Assembly: GCA_964016885.1 (NCBI GenBank)
Contig: OZ024756.1
Coordinates: forward strand, 8,122,001-8,186,000
DNA length: 64,000 bases
Source: Eledone cirrhosa
Taxonomy: Eukaryota
Direction: 5' to 3'
Shown in pieces: positions 18,001 through 34,588 of this stretch (its first letter is position 1; each line of letters opens with the position of its first letter). The notes under the pieces are model-generated. The model had not been told where the DNA came from, searched no databases, and worked only from the letters and a program-made list of their open reading frames with translations. Position numbers and translations under genes: made by a program.

Positions 18001-21000
18001 TAGTCTTACCATATATATCACACTCTCAACATTATCTAATATATAGTCTCACTATATCACACTCTATTCATTATCTAATCTATAGTCTTACTATATCAGA
18101 CTCTCTACATTATCTAATCTATAATCTTACTATATCTCACTTACCTACATTATCTAATCTATAGTCTTACTATATCACACTCTCCACCTTATCTAATCTA
18201 TAGTCTTACTATATCACACTCCCTACATTATCTAATCTTTAGTCTTACTATATATATCACACTCTCTACATTATCTAATCTATAGTCTTACTATCTATAT
18301 CTCACTCTCTACATTATCTAATCTATAGTATTACTATATCACACTCTCTACATTATCTAATCTATAGTCTTACTATATCACACTCCCTACATTATCTAAT
18401 CTTTAGTCTTACTATATATATATCACACTCTCTACATTATGTAATATATAGTATTACTATATCCCACTCTCTACATTATCTAATCTATAGTCTTACTATA
18501 TATATCACACTCTGTACATTATCTGATCTATAGTCTTACTATATATATCTCACTCTCTACTTTATCTAATCTATAGTCTTAATATATAACACTCTCTACA
18601 TTATCTAATCTATTGTCTTACTATATATATCACACTCTCTACATGATCTAATATATAGTCTTACTATATCACACTCTATACATTATCTAATCTATATTCT
18701 TACTATATCAGACTCTCTACATTATCTAATCTATAGTCTTAATATATCATTCTCCCTACATTATCTAATCTTTAGTCTTACTATATATATCACACTCTCT
18801 ACATTATCTAATATATAGTCTTACTATCTATATCTCACTCTCTACATTATCTAATCTATAGTCTTACCATATCTCACTCTCTACATTATCTAATCTCTAG
18901 TCTTACTATATCACACTCTCTACATTATCTAATCTATAGTCTTACTATATATATATATATATCTCACTCTCTACATTATCTAATCTATAGTCTTACTATA
19001 TCTCACTCTCTACATTATCTAATCTATAGTCTTACTATATCACACTCTCTACATTATCTAATCTATAGTCTTACTATATCACACTCTCTACATTATCTAA
19101 TCTATAGTCTTACTATATCGCACTCTCTACATTATCTAATCTATAGTCATACTATATCACACTCTGTACATTATCTAATCTATAGACTTACTATATCACA
19201 CTCTCTACATTATCTAATCTATAGTCTTACCATATATATCACACTCTCAACATTATCTAATATATAGTCTCACTATATCACACTCTATACATTATCTAAT
19301 CTATAGTCTTACTATATCAGACTCTCTACATTATCTAATCTATAATCTTACTATATCTCACTTACCTACATTATCTAATCTATACTCTTACTATATCACA
19401 CTCTCCGCCTTATCTAATCTATTGTCTTACTATATCACACTCCCTACATTATCTAATCTTTAGTCTTACTATATATATCACACTCTCTACATTATCTAAT
19501 CTATAGTCTTACTATCTATATCTCACTCTCTACATTATCTAATCTATAGTATTACTATATCACACTCTCTACATTATCTAATGTATAGTCTTACTATATC
19601 ACACTCACTACATTATCTAATCTTTAGTCTTACTATATATATATCACACTCTCTACATTATGTAATATATAGTATTACTATATCCCACTCTCTACATTAT
19701 CTAATCTATAGTCTTACTATATATATCACACTCTGTACATTATCTAATCTATAGTCTTACTATATATATCTCACTCTCTACTTTATCTAATCTATAGTCT
19801 TAATATATAACACTCTCTACATTATCTAATCTATTGTCTTACTATATATATCACACTCTCTACATGATCTAATATATAGTCTTACTATATCACACTCTAT
19901 ACATTATCTAATCTATATTCTTACTATATCAGACTCTCTACATTATCTAATCTATAGTCTTAATATATCATTCTCCCTACATTATCTAATCTTTAGTCTT
20001 ACTATATATATCACACTCTCTACATTATCTAATATATAGTCTTACTATCTATATCTCACTCTCTACATTATCTAATCTATAGTCTTACCATATCTCACTC
20101 TCTACATTATCTAATCTCTAGTCTTACTATATCACACTCTCTACATTATCTAATCTATAGTCTTACTATATATATATATATATCTCACTCTCTACATTAT
20201 CTAATCTATAGTCTTACTATATCTCACTCTCTACATTATCTAATCTATAGTCTTACTATATCACACTCTCTACATTATCTAATCTATAGTCTTACTATAT
20301 CACACTCTCTACATTATCTAATCTATAGTCTTACTATATCGCACTCTCTACATTATCTAATCTATAGTCATACTATATCACACTCTGTACATTATCTAAT
20401 CTATAGACTTACTATATCACACTCTCTACATTATTTAATTTATAGTCTTACTATATATATCACACTCTGTACATTATCTAATCTATAGTTTTACTATATC
20501 ACACACTCTACATTATCTAATCTATGGTCTTACTATATATATCTCACTCTCTACTTTATCTAATCTATAGTCTTAATATATAACACTCTCTACATTATCT
20601 AATCTATAGTCTTACTATATATATCACACTCTCTACATGATCTAATATATAGTCTTACTATATCACACTCTCTACATTATCTAATCTATAGTCTTAATAT
20701 ATCATTCTCCCTACATTATCTAATCTTTAGTCTTACTATATATATCACACTCTCTACATTATCTAATATATAGTCTTACTATCTATATCTCACTCTCTAC
20801 ATTATCTAATCTATAGTCTTACCATATCTCACTTTCTACATTATCTAATCTATAGTCTTACCATATCACACTCTCTATATTATCTAATCTATAGTCTTAC
20901 TATATCTCACTCTCTACATTATCTAATCTCTAGTCTTACTATATCACACTCTCTACATTATCTAATCTATAGTCTTACTATATATATATATCTCACACTC

Positions 21001-24000
21001 TACATTATCTAATCTATAGTCTCACTATATCTCACTCTCTACATTATCTAATCTATAGTCTTACTATATATATCTCACTCTTTACATTATCTAATCTATA
21101 GTCTTACTATATCATACTCTCTACATTATCTAATCTATAGTCTCACTAGATTAATCTATAATCTTACTATATATATCTCACTCTCTACATTATCTAACCT
21201 ATAGTCTTACTATATCACACTCTGTATATTATCTAATCTATAGTCTTACTATATCACACACTCTACATTATCTAATCTCTAGTCTTACTATATCACACTC
21301 TCTACATTATCTAATCTATAGTCTTACTATATCGCACTCTCTACATTATCTAATCTATGTTCTTACTATATATATCACACTCACTACATTATCTAATCTA
21401 CAGTCTTACTATATCACACTCTATACATTATCTAATCTATAGTCTTACTATTTCAGACTCTCTACATTATCTAATCTATAGTCTTACTCTATCAGACTCT
21501 CTACATTATCTAATTTATAGTCTTACTATATCACACTCTCTACATTATCTAATCTATAGTCTTACTATATCAGACTCTCTACATTATCTAATTTATAGTC
21601 TTACTATATATATCTCACTCTCTACATTATCTAATCTATAGTCTTACTCTATATATCACACTCTCTACATTATCTAATATATAAACTTACTATATATATC
21701 ACACTCTCCACATTATCTAATCTATAGTCTTACTATATATATATATCACTCTCTACATTATCTAATCTATCGTCTTACTATATCTCACTCTCTACATTAT
21801 CTAATCTATAGTCTTACTATATCTCACTCTCTACATTATCTAATCTATTGTCTAACTATATCACACTCTCTACATTATCTAATCTATAGTCTTACTATAT
21901 CACACAGTCTACATTATCTAATATATTGTCTTACTATATCTCACTCTGTACATTATCTAATATATACTCTTACTATATCTCACTCTCTACATTATCTAAT
22001 CTATAGTCTGACTATGTCACACTCTCTACATTATCTAATGTATAGTCTTACTATATCACACTCTCTACATTATCTAATCTATAGTCTTACTATATCTCAC
22101 TCTGTACATTATCTAATCTATACTCTACTATATCTCACTCTCTACATTATCTAATCTATAGTCTAACTATATCACACTCTCTACATTATCTAATCTATAG
22201 TCTTACTATATCTCACTCTGTACATTATCTAATACATAGTCTTACTATATCACACACTCTACATTATCTAATCTATAGTCTTACTATATCGCACTCTCTA
22301 CATTATCTACTCTATAGTCATACTATATCACACTCTGCACATTATCTAATCTATAGACTTACTATATCACACTCTCTACATTATCTAATCTATGGTCTTA
22401 CTATATCACACTCTCTACATTATCTAATCTATAGTCTTACTATATCACACTCTACATTATCTAATGTATAGTCTTACTACATATATCTCATTCTCTACAT
22501 TATCTAATCTATAGTCTTACTCTATATATCACACTTTCTACATTATCTAATATATAATCTTACTATATATATCACACTCTCCACACCATCTAATCTATAG
22601 TCTTACTATATATATCACACTCTGTACATTATCTAATCTATAGTCTTACTATATGACACACTCTACATTATCTAATCTATGGTCTTACTATATATATCAC
22701 ACTCACTACCTTATCTAATCTACAGTCTTACTATATCACACTCTATACATTATCTAATCTATAGTCTTACTATATCAGACTCTCTACATTATCTAATCTA
22801 TAGTCTTACTATATCAGACTCTCTACATTATCTAATCTATAGTCTTACTCTATCAGACTCTCTACATTATCTAATTTATAGTCTTACTATATCACACTCT
22901 CTACATTATCTAATCTATAGTCTTACTATATCAGACTCTCTACATTATCTAATGTATAGTCTTAATACAAATATCTCACTCTCTACATTATCTAATCTAT
23001 AGTCTAACTCTATATATCACACTCTCTACATTATCTAATATATAATCTTACTATATATATCACACTCTCCACATTATCTAATCTATAGTCTTACTATATA
23101 TATATATCACTCTCTACATTATCTAATCTATAGTCTTACTATATCACACTCTCTACATTATCTAATCTATAGTCTTACTATATCACACAGTCTACATTAT
23201 CTAATATATTGTCTTACTATATCTCACTCTGTACATTATCTAATATATACTCTTACTATATCTCACTCTCTACATTATCTAATCTATAGTCTGACTATGT
23301 CACACTCTCTACATTATCTAATGTATAGTCTTACTATATCACACACTCTACATTATCTAATCTATAGTCTTACTATATCTCACTCTGTACATTATCTAAT
23401 CTATACTCTTACTATATATCACTCTCTACATTATCTAATCTATAGTCTTACCATATCTCACTCTGTACATTATCTAATACATAGTCTTACTATATCACAC
23501 ACTCTACATTATCTAATCTATAGTCTTACTATATCTCACTCTCTACATTATCTAATCTATAGTCTTACTATATATATCTCACTGTCTACATCATCTAATC
23601 TATAGTCTTACTATATCACACTTTGTACATTATCTAATTTATAGTCTTACTATATATATCACACTCTCTACCTTATCTAATCTATAGTCTTACTATATCA
23701 CACTCTGTACATTATCTAATCTATAGTTTTACTACATATATCACACTCCCTACATTATCTAATCTATAGTCTTACTATATATATCACACTCTCTACATTA
23801 TCTAATCTATAGTCTTACTATATATATCACACTCTCTACCTTATCTAATCTATAGTCTGACTATATCACACTCTCTACATTATCTAATCTATAGTCTTAC
23901 CATATATATCACACTCTCAACATTATCTAATATATAGTCTCACTATATCACACTCTATTCATTATCTAATCTATAGTCTTACTATATCAGACTCTCTACA

Positions 24001-27000
24001 TTATCTAATCTATAATCTTACTATATCTCACTTACCTACATTATCTAATCTATAGTCTTACTATATCACACTCTCCACCTTATCTAATCTATAGTCTTAC
24101 TATATCACACTCCCTACATTATCTAATCTTTAGTCTTACTATATATATCACACTCTCTACATTATCTAATCTATAGTCTTACTATCTATATCTCACTCTC
24201 TACATTATCTAATCTATAGTATTACTATATCACACTCTCTACATTATCTAATCTATAGTCTTACTATATCACACTCCCTACATTATCTAATCTTTAGTCT
24301 TACTATATATATATCACACTCTCTACATTATGTAATATATAGTCTTACTATATATATCACACTCTGTACATTATCTGATCTATAGTCTTACTATATATAT
24401 CTCACACTCTACTTTATCTAATCTATAGTCTTAATATATAACACTCTCTACATTATCTAATCTATTGTCTTACTATATATATCACACTCTCTACATGATC
24501 TAATATATAGTCTTACTATATCACACTCTATACATTATCTAATCTATATTCTTACTATATCAGACTCTCTACATTATCTAATCTATAGTCTTAATATATC
24601 ATTCTCCCTACATTATCTAATCTTTAGTCTTACTATATATATCACACTCTCTACATTATCTAATATATAGTCTTACTATCTATATCTCACTCTCTACATT
24701 ATCTAATCTATAGTCTTACCATATCTCACTCTCTACATTATCTAATCTCTAGTCTTACTATATCACACTCTCTACATTATCTAATCTATAGTCTTACTAT
24801 ATATATATATATATCTCACTCTCTACATTATCTAATCTATAGTCTTACTATATCTCACTCTCTACATTATCTAATCTATAGTCTTACTATATCACACTCT
24901 CTACATTATCTAATCTATAGTCTTACTATATCACACTCTCTACATTATCTAATCTATAGTCTTACTATATCGCACTCTCTACATTATCTAATCTATAGTC
25001 ATACTATATCACACTCTGTACATTATCTAATCTATAGACTTACTATATCACACTCTCTACATTATCTAATCTATAATCTTACTATATCTCACTTACCTAC
25101 ATTATCTAATCTATACTCTTACTATATCACACTCTCCGCCTTATCTAATCTATTGTCTTACTATATCACACTCCCTACATTATCTAATCTTTAGTCTTAC
25201 TATATATATCACACTCTCTACATTATCTAATCTATAGTCTTACTATCTATATCTCACTCTCTACATTATCTAATCTATAGTATTACTATATCACACTCTC
25301 TACATTATCTAATGTATAGTCTTACTATATCACACTCCCTACATTATCTAATCTTTAGTCTTACTATATATATATCACACTCTCTACATTATGTAATATA
25401 TAGTATTACTATATCCCACTCTCTACATTATCTAATCTATAGTCTTACTATATATATCACACTCTGTACATTATCTAATCTATAGTCTTACTATATATAT
25501 CTCACTCTCTACTTTATCTAATCTATAGTCTTAATATATAACACTCTCTACATTATCTAATCTATTGTCTTACTATATATATCACACTCTCTACATGATC
25601 TAATATATAGTCTTACTATATCACACTCTATACATTATCTAATCTATATTCTTACTATATCAGACTCTCTACATTATCTAATCTATAGTCTTAATATATC
25701 ATTCTCCCTACATTATCTAATCTTTAGTCTTACTATAAATATCACACTCTCTACATTATCTAATATATAGTCTTACTATCTATATCTCACTCTCTACATT
25801 ATCTAATCTATAGTCTTACCATATCTCACTCTCTACATTATCTAATCTCTAGTCTTACTATATCACACTCTCTACATTATCTAATCTATAGTCTTACTAT
25901 ATATATATATATATATCACTCTCTACATTATCTAATCTATAGTCTTACTATATCTCACTCTCTACATTATCTAATCTATAGTCTTACTATATCACACTCT
26001 CTACATTATCTAATCTATAGTCTTACTATATCACACTCTCTACATTATCTAATCTATAGTCTTACTATATCGCACTCTCTACATTATCTAATCTATAGTC
26101 ATACTATATCACACTCTGTACATTATCTAATCTATAGACTTACTATATCACACTCTCTACATTATTTAATTTATAGTCTTACTATATATATCACACTCTG
26201 TACATTATCTAATCTATAGTTTTACTATATCACACACTCTACATTATCTAATCTATGGTCTTACTATATATATCACACGCACTACATTATTTAATCTACA
26301 GTCTTACTATATCACACTCTATACATTATCTAATCTATAGTCTTACTATATCAGACTCTCTACATTATCTAATCTATAGTCTTACTATATCAGACTCTCT
26401 ACATTATCTAATCTATAGTCTTACTCTATCAGACTCTCTACATTATCTAATGTATAGTCTTACTATATCACACTCTCTACATTATCTAATCTATAGTCTT
26501 ACTATATCAGACTCTCTACATTATCTAATTTATAGTCTTACTCTATATATCACACTCTCTACATTATCTAATATATAATCTTACTATATATATCACACTC
26601 TCCACATTATCTAATCTATAGTCTTACTATATATATATATCACTCTCTACATTATCTAATCTATAGTCTTATAATATCTCACTCTGTACATTATCTAATC
26701 TATTGTCTAACTATATCACACTCTCTACATTATCTAATCTATAGTCTTACTATATCACACAGTCTACATTATCTAATATATTGTCTTACTATATCTCACT
26801 CTGTACATCATCTAATATATACTCTTACTAAATCTCACTCTCTACATTATCTAATCTATAGTCTAACCATATCACACTCTCTACATTATCTAATCTATAG
26901 TCTTACTATATCACACACTCTACATTATCTAATCTATAGTCTTACTATATCTCACTCTCTACATTATCTAATCTATAGTCTTACTATATATATCTCACTG

Positions 27001-30000
27001 TCTACATCATCTAATCTATAGTCTTACTATATCACACTTTGTACATTATCTAATTTATAGTCTTACTATATATATCACACTCTCTACCTTATCTAATCTA
27101 TAGTCTTACTATATCACACTCTGTACATTATCTAATCTATAGTTTTACTACATATATCACACTCCCTACATTATCTAATCTATAGTCTTACTATATATGT
27201 CACACTCTCTACATTATCTAATCTATAGTCTTACTATATATATCACACTCTCTACCTTATCTAATCTATAGTCTGACTATATCACACTCTCTACATTATC
27301 TAATCTATAGTCTTACCATATATATCACACTCTCAACATTATCTAATATATAGTCTCACTATATCACACTCTATTCATTATCTAATCTATAGTCTTACTA
27401 TATCAGACTCTCTACATTATCTAATCTATAATCTTACTATATCTCACTTACCTACATTATCTAATCTATAGTCTTACTATATCACACTCTCCACCTTATC
27501 TAATCTATAGTCTTACTATATCACACTCCCTACATTATCTAATCTTTAGTCTTACTATATATATCACACTCTCTACATTATCTAATCTATAGTCTTACTA
27601 TCTATATCTCACTCTCTACATTATCTAATCTATAGTATTACTATATCACACTCTGTACATTATCTAATCTATAGTCTTACTATATCACACTCCCTACATT
27701 ATCTAATCTTTAGTCTTACTATATATATATCACACTCTCTACATTATGTAATATATAGTATTACTATATCCCACTCTCTACATTATCTAATCTATAGTCT
27801 TACTATATATATCACACTCTGTACATTATCTGATCTATAGTCTTACTATATATATCTCACTCTCTACTTTATCTAATCTATAGTCTTAATATATAACACT
27901 CTCTACATTATCTAATCTATTGTCTTACTATATATATCACACTCTCTACATGATCTAATATATAGTCTTACTATATCACACTCTATACATTATCTAATCT
28001 ATATTCTTACTATATCAGACTCTCTACATTATCTAATCTATAGTCTTAATATATCATTCTCCCTACATTATCTAATCTTTAGTCTTACTATATATATCAC
28101 ACTCTCTACATTATCTAATATATAGTCTTACTATCTATATCTCACTCTCTACATTATCTAATCTATAGTCTTACCATATCTCACTCTCTACATTATCTAA
28201 TCTCTAGTCTTACTATATCACACTCTCTACATTATCTAATCTATAGTCTTACTATATATATATATATATCTCACTCTCTACATTATCTAATCTATAGTCT
28301 TACTATATCTCACTCTCTACATTATCTAATCTATAGTCTTACTATATCACACTCTCTACATTATCTAATCTATAGTCTTACTATATCACACTCTCTACAT
28401 TATCTAATCTATAGTCTTACTATATCGCACTCTCTACATTATCTAATCTATAGTCATACTATATCACACTCTGTACATTATCTAATCTATAGACTTACTA
28501 TATCACACTCTCTACATTATCTAATCTATAGTCTTACCATATATATCACACTCTCAACATTATCTTATATTTAGTCTCACTATATCACACTCTATACATT
28601 ATCTAATCTATAGTCTTACTATATCAGACTCTCTACATTATCTAATCTATAATCTTACTATATCTCACTTACCTACATTATCTAATCTATAGTCTTACTA
28701 TATCACACTCTCCGCCTTATCTAATCTATTGTCTTACTATATCACACTCCCTACATTATCTAATCTTTAGTCTTACTATATATATCACACTCTCTACATT
28801 ATCTAATCTATAGTCTTACTATCTATATCTCACTCTCTACATTATCTAATCTATAGTATTACTATATCACACTCTCTACATTATCTAATGTATAGTCTTA
28901 CTATATCACACTCCCTACATTATCTAATCTTTAGTCTTACTATATATATATCACACTCTCTACATTATGTAATATATAGTATTACTATATCCCACTCTCT
29001 ACATTATCTAATCTATAGTCTTACTATATATATCACTCTCTGTACATTATCTAATCTATAGTCTTACTATATATATCTCACTCTCTACTTTATCTAATCT
29101 ATAGTCTTAATATATAACACTCTCTACATTATCTAATCTATTGTCTTACTATATATATCACACTCTCTACATGATCTAATATATAGTCTTACTATATCAC
29201 ACTCTATACATTATCTAATCTATATTCTTACTATATCAGACTCTCTACATTATCTAATCTATAGTCTTAATATATCATTCTCCCTACATTATCTAATCTT
29301 TAGTCTTACTATATATATCACACTCTCTACATTATCTAATATATAGTCTTACTATCTATATCTCACTCTCTACATTATCTAATCTATAGTCTTACCATAT
29401 CTCACTCTCTACATTATCTAATCTCTAGTCTTACTATATCACACTCTCTACATTATCTAATCTATAGTCTTACTATATATATATATATATCTCACTCTCT
29501 ACATTATCTAATCTATAGTCTTACTATATCTCACTCTCTACATTATCTAATCTATAGTCTTACTATATCACACTCTCTACATTATCTAATCTATAGTCTT
29601 ACTATATCACACTCTCTACATTATCTAATCTATAGTCTTACTATATCGCACTCTCTACATTATCTAATCTATAGTCATACTATATCACACTCTGTACATT
29701 ATCTAATCTATAGACTTACTATATCACACTCTCTACATTATTTAATTTATAGTCTTACTATATATATCACACTCTGTACATTATCTAATCTATAGTTTTA
29801 CTATATCACACACTCTACATTATCTAATCTATGGTCTTACTATATATATCACACGCACTACATTATTTAATCTACAGTCTTACTATATCACACTCTATAC
29901 ATTATCTAATCTATAGTCTTACTATATCAGACTCTCTACATTATCTAATCTATAGTCTTACTATATCAGACTCTCTACATTATCTAATCTATAGTCTTAC

Positions 30001-32640
30001 TCTATCAGACTCTCTACATTATCTAATGTATAATCTTACTATATCACACTCTCTACATTATCTAATCTATAGTCTTACTATATCAGACTCTCTACATTAT
30101 CTAATTTATAGTCTTACTCTATATATCACACTCTCTACATTATCTAATATATAATCTTACTATATATATCACACTCTCCACATTATCTAATCTATAGTCT
30201 TACTATATATATATATCACTCTCTACATTATCTAATCTATAGTCTTACTATATCTCACTCTGTACATTATCTAATCTATTGTCTAACTATATCACACTCT
30301 CTACATTATCTAATCTATAGTCTTACTATATCACACAGTCTACATTATCTAATATATTGTCTTACTATATCTCACTCTGTACATCATCTAATATATACTC
30401 TTACTAAATCTCACTCTCTACATTATCTAATCTATAGTCTAACCATATCACACTCTCTACATTATCTAATCTATAGTCTTACTATATCACACACTCTACA
30501 TTATCTCATCTATAGTCTTACTATATCTCACTCTGTACATTATCTAATACATAGTTTTACTATATCACACACTCTACATTATCTAATCTATAGTCTTACT
30601 ATATCGCACTCTCTACATTATCTAATCTATAGTCATACTATATCACACTCTGCACATTATCTAATCTATAGACTTACTATATCACACTCTCTACGTTATC
30701 TAATCTATAGTCTTACTATATATATCACACTCTCTACATTATCTAATCTATAGTCTTACTATATATATCACACTCTGTACATTATCTAATCTATAGTCTT
30801 ACTATATCACACACTCTACATTATCTAATCTATGGTCTTACTATATATATCACACTCACTACCTTATCTAATCTACAGTCTTACTATATCACACTCTATA
30901 CATTATCTAATCTATACTCTTACTATATCAGACTCTCTACATTATCTAATCTATAGTCTTACTATATCAGACTCTCTACATTATCTAATCTATAGTCTTA
31001 CTCTATCAGACTCTCTACATTATCTAATCTATAGTCTTACTATATCTCACTCTGTACATTATCTAATACATAGTCTTACTATATCACACACTCTACATTA
31101 TCTAATCTATAGTCTTACTATATCGCACTCTCTACATTATCTAATCTATAGTCATACTATATCACACTCTGCACATTATCTAATCTATAGACTTACTATA
31201 TCACACTCTCTACGTTATCTAATCTATAGTCTTACTATATATATCACACTCTCTACATTATCTAATCTATAGTCTTACTATATATATCACACTCTGTACA
31301 TTATCTAATCTATAGTCTTACTATATCACACACTCTACATTATCTAATCTATGGTCTTACTATATATATCACACTCACAACCTTATCTAATCTACAGTCT
31401 TACTATATCACACTCTATACATTATCTAATCTATAGTCTTACTATATCAGACTCTCTACATTATCTAATCTATAGTCTTACTATATCAGACTCTCTACAT
31501 TATCTAATCTATAGTCTTACTCTATCAGACTCTCTACATTATCTAATCTATAGTCTTACTATATCTCACTCTGTACATTATCTAATACATAGTCTTACTA
31601 TATCACACACTCTACATTATCTAATCTATAGTCTTACTATATCGCACTCTCTACATTATCTAATCTATAGTCATACTATATCACACTCTGCACATTATCT
31701 AATCTATAGACTTACTATATCACACTCTCTACATTATCTAATCTATAGTTTTACTATATATATCACACTCTCTACATTATCTAATCTATAGTCTTACTAT
31801 ATATATCACACTCTGTACATTATCTAATCTATAGTCTTACTATATCTCACTCTCTACATTATCTAATCTATAGTCTTACTATATCTCACTCTCTACATTA
31901 TCTAATCTATTGTCTAACTATATCACACTCTCTACATTATCTAATCTATAGTCTTACTATATCACACAGTCTACATTATCTAATATATTGTCTTACTATA
32001 TCTCACTCTGTACATTATCTAATATATACTCTTACTATATCTCACTCTCTACATTATCTAATCTATAGTCTGACTATGTCACACTCTCTACATTATCTAA
32101 TGTATAGTCTTACTATATCACACACTCTACATTATCTAATCTATAGTCTTACTATATCTCACTCTGTACATTATCTATTCTATACTCTTACTATATCTCA
32201 CTCTCTACATTATCTAATCTATAGTCTAACTATATCACACTCTCTACATTATCTAATCTATAGTCTGACTATGTCACACTCTCTACATTATCTAATCTAT
32301 AGTCTTACTATATCACACACTCTACATTATCTAATCTATAGTCTTACTATATCTCACTCTCTACATTATCTAATCTATAGTCTGACTATGTCACACTCTC
32401 TACATTATCTAATCTATAGTCTTACTATATCACACACTCTACATTATCTAATCTATAGTCTTACTATATCTCACTCTGTACATTATCTAATCTATACTCT
32501 TACTATATCTCACTCTCTACATTATCTAATCTATAGTCTAACTATATCACACTCTCTACATTATCTAATCTATAGTCTTACTATATCACACACTCTACAT
32601 TATCTAATATATAGTCTTACTATATCACACTCTCATCATT
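1..32640. repeat. Satellite DNA array, monomer CACACTCTCTACATTATCTAATCTATAGTCTTACTATAT (39 bp; 43 bp and longer variants by extra TA), with higher-order repeats
   Basis: Continuous head-to-tail monomers from the window start to ~32640, then an abrupt end. Diagnostic variant blocks recur at kb spacing (e.g. ORF-track pairs 16788/22679, 26255/29831, 30832/31351). Confidence 0.98.
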
Positions 32641-32836
32641 ACCTATTCTACTGCCTGAGGAAAACGATCAAATGTAACCAATGTCGCCCGGAAGACAGAT
32701 ACATGACTGGTTAAGTTCATACATATAAAATGTCTGTTATCTTAATCACCAATAAAAGCTCAATGAACATGAAGCTCAGAGCATATTTTATATATGGAGT
32801 TGAGAGATAGATAATATTATGTATATACATATAGAA

Positions 32837-33165
32837 CAAAGGTTCTCAAACGTTTGGGGCCACCCTCCTGGTGGCCTCGAAATACCCTCACCTTTCCCCA
32901 ACCCTATTCCCAGAGAGACCTGCCTACACGCAAATTGTAAATAATATATAATAAATAAAATCGTTAATTTATATATAATAAATAATATAATATATACTAT
33001 TTATAAATAAATATTTTTTTTTTTTTACTATATTTCTATACAATATATATCATTTGATATTTAATATACTATTATATCATCTCTACCCCCACCTTAGGGT
33101 CCAGCGCCCTCTGGACCTTCTCAACGCCCCCTGGTGGGCGGTAACACCCACTTTGAGAACCTCTG
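32837..33165. mobile_element. hAT-type non-autonomous DNA transposon (MITE)
   Basis: Termini CAAAGGTTCTCAAA ... TTTGAGAACCTCTG resemble hAT CAGNGGTTCTCAA TIRs. The flanking 8-mers ATATAGAA / ACATAGGA match 6/8, like a decayed 8-bp TSD. Confidence 0.7.
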
Positions 33166-33289
33166 ACATAGGACAAGTGATAAATGCACTCATTCGGAGA
33201 AGAATCAAGAGTAGAATTGCCATAGAGTCAATTTGAAGAGAATAGGAACTTTATTATATCGACTGTAGGTCTTGTCTGACGCTTTATTT

Positions 33290-33570
33290 CATCGACCTTG
33301 TATGGATGAAAGCGACCTTGAATGGAGGAAATGCGACCTTGAATGGAAGAAAGGTGATCTTGAATGGAGGAAATGTGACCTTGAATAGAGGAAAGATGAC
33401 CTTGAATGGCGGAAAGATGACCTTGAATGGAAGAAAGGTGATCTTGAATGGAAGAAATGTGACCTTGAATGGATGAATCTTGACCTTGAATAGAGCAAAG
33501 GGGACCTTGAACGGAGGAAAGATGACCTTGAATTGAGTAAAAGGGACTTTGAATGGAGGAAAGTGACCTT
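33290..33570. repeat. 21-bp minisatellite (GACCTTGAATGGAGGAAAGAT-like) embedded in a minus-strand SINE
   Basis: About 13 tandem 21-bp units, running directly into GACCTTGGCGGGATTTGAAC (the SINE B-box region in reverse). Confidence 0.85.
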
Positions 33571-34588
33571 GGCGGGATTTGAACATAGAATATAAAGAGC
33601 CGGAACAAATACGCTTTAATGATGCCGTTTATTATCCGCCATTACTCTTATATAAAATATTAACATAGAGTTTGAGATTTTTATATAAAAATGATACGGA
33701 ATTGTTCAGTACCTGTGAATTTGGTGTTGGTGTAAACTTCAAAAGATTTAAGTACTTATTAAACTAATGACAAAATCTCGTGGCTTATGGGTAAGGGTAC
33801 ACAGCTCCCGATCTTATGGTCGTGATTTTGATTTCTGAACAGTCTGGCGCGTTGTTTCCTCACGTAAGATACTCTATTTTCCGTTACGCATGTCCACTCA
33901 ACTGAAAAAAATATATTGTACCTGTAATTCACGTGGCCAGCTTTCTCACGCATTGTGTCATGTTGAATCTTCCTGAAAAGTATGTTTTAAAGGTGAACAT
34001 GTCCGTTTAATGCTCAGACACTTACGAGCTAATTTCCCGAGCACACACACAATTCCGTTGATTGAATAAACTGAGGAACTTACCATCGGTGACGACATAA
34101 GTGTTACTTCACAATTCAAAGTGACGTCATTTCGTCAAGATATTTACTCGTTTTTCTAAATAATTTGCAGACATGTTTACGATTTTTTTACGATTTTTTT
34201 ACATTAAAAATGTCTGTAGGTACCAATTTGTCCAGTTCCAATGTAATCCTCATTGCTCAAGGAACTATTTGCTTCATATCAAAATCACTACCATATTATT
34301 TCCAATAAAACATTTAATTAAATCATGTTGTATTCTTCTTTTCTATATTATGTCTGAAAGAAGAATTGTGAATTAGATATACCATATTGACGCTTCTTCG
34401 TATAAAACGCCCCCTGGTTTTACAAGGACATTTTGAGAAAAAAAGAATTATAGTACATTTCTTTATAAATTTATTTAAAATCATTTCATTGTTTTTTCAG
34501 AAACTCTTATATAAGTTTAACATCATTTTACTTATATAAATTGTATTGTATTACTAGTAGTATAACCCGTCAATCTATCTTATTTCTC

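Noticed and set aside
1-32640. CRISPR-like regular repeat
   Set aside because: No unique spacers, no cas genes, eukaryotic context.
32655-32700. CTGAGGA at the satellite edge as a hammerhead
   Set aside because: No stem II/GAAA or closing stem I.
2358-32714. ORFs with 13-aa repeats (HYLIYSLTISHSL)
   Set aside because: They are translations of runs of 39-bp monomers, broken wherever a 43-mer occurs, with no gene signals.
33228-33608. 7-aa repeat ORFs (SSIQGHL)
   Set aside because: 21-bp minisatellite within a SINE.
34074-34110. CTGAGGA-ACTTA...TAAGT as a hammerhead
   Set aside because: Stem II-like pairing but no GAAA.
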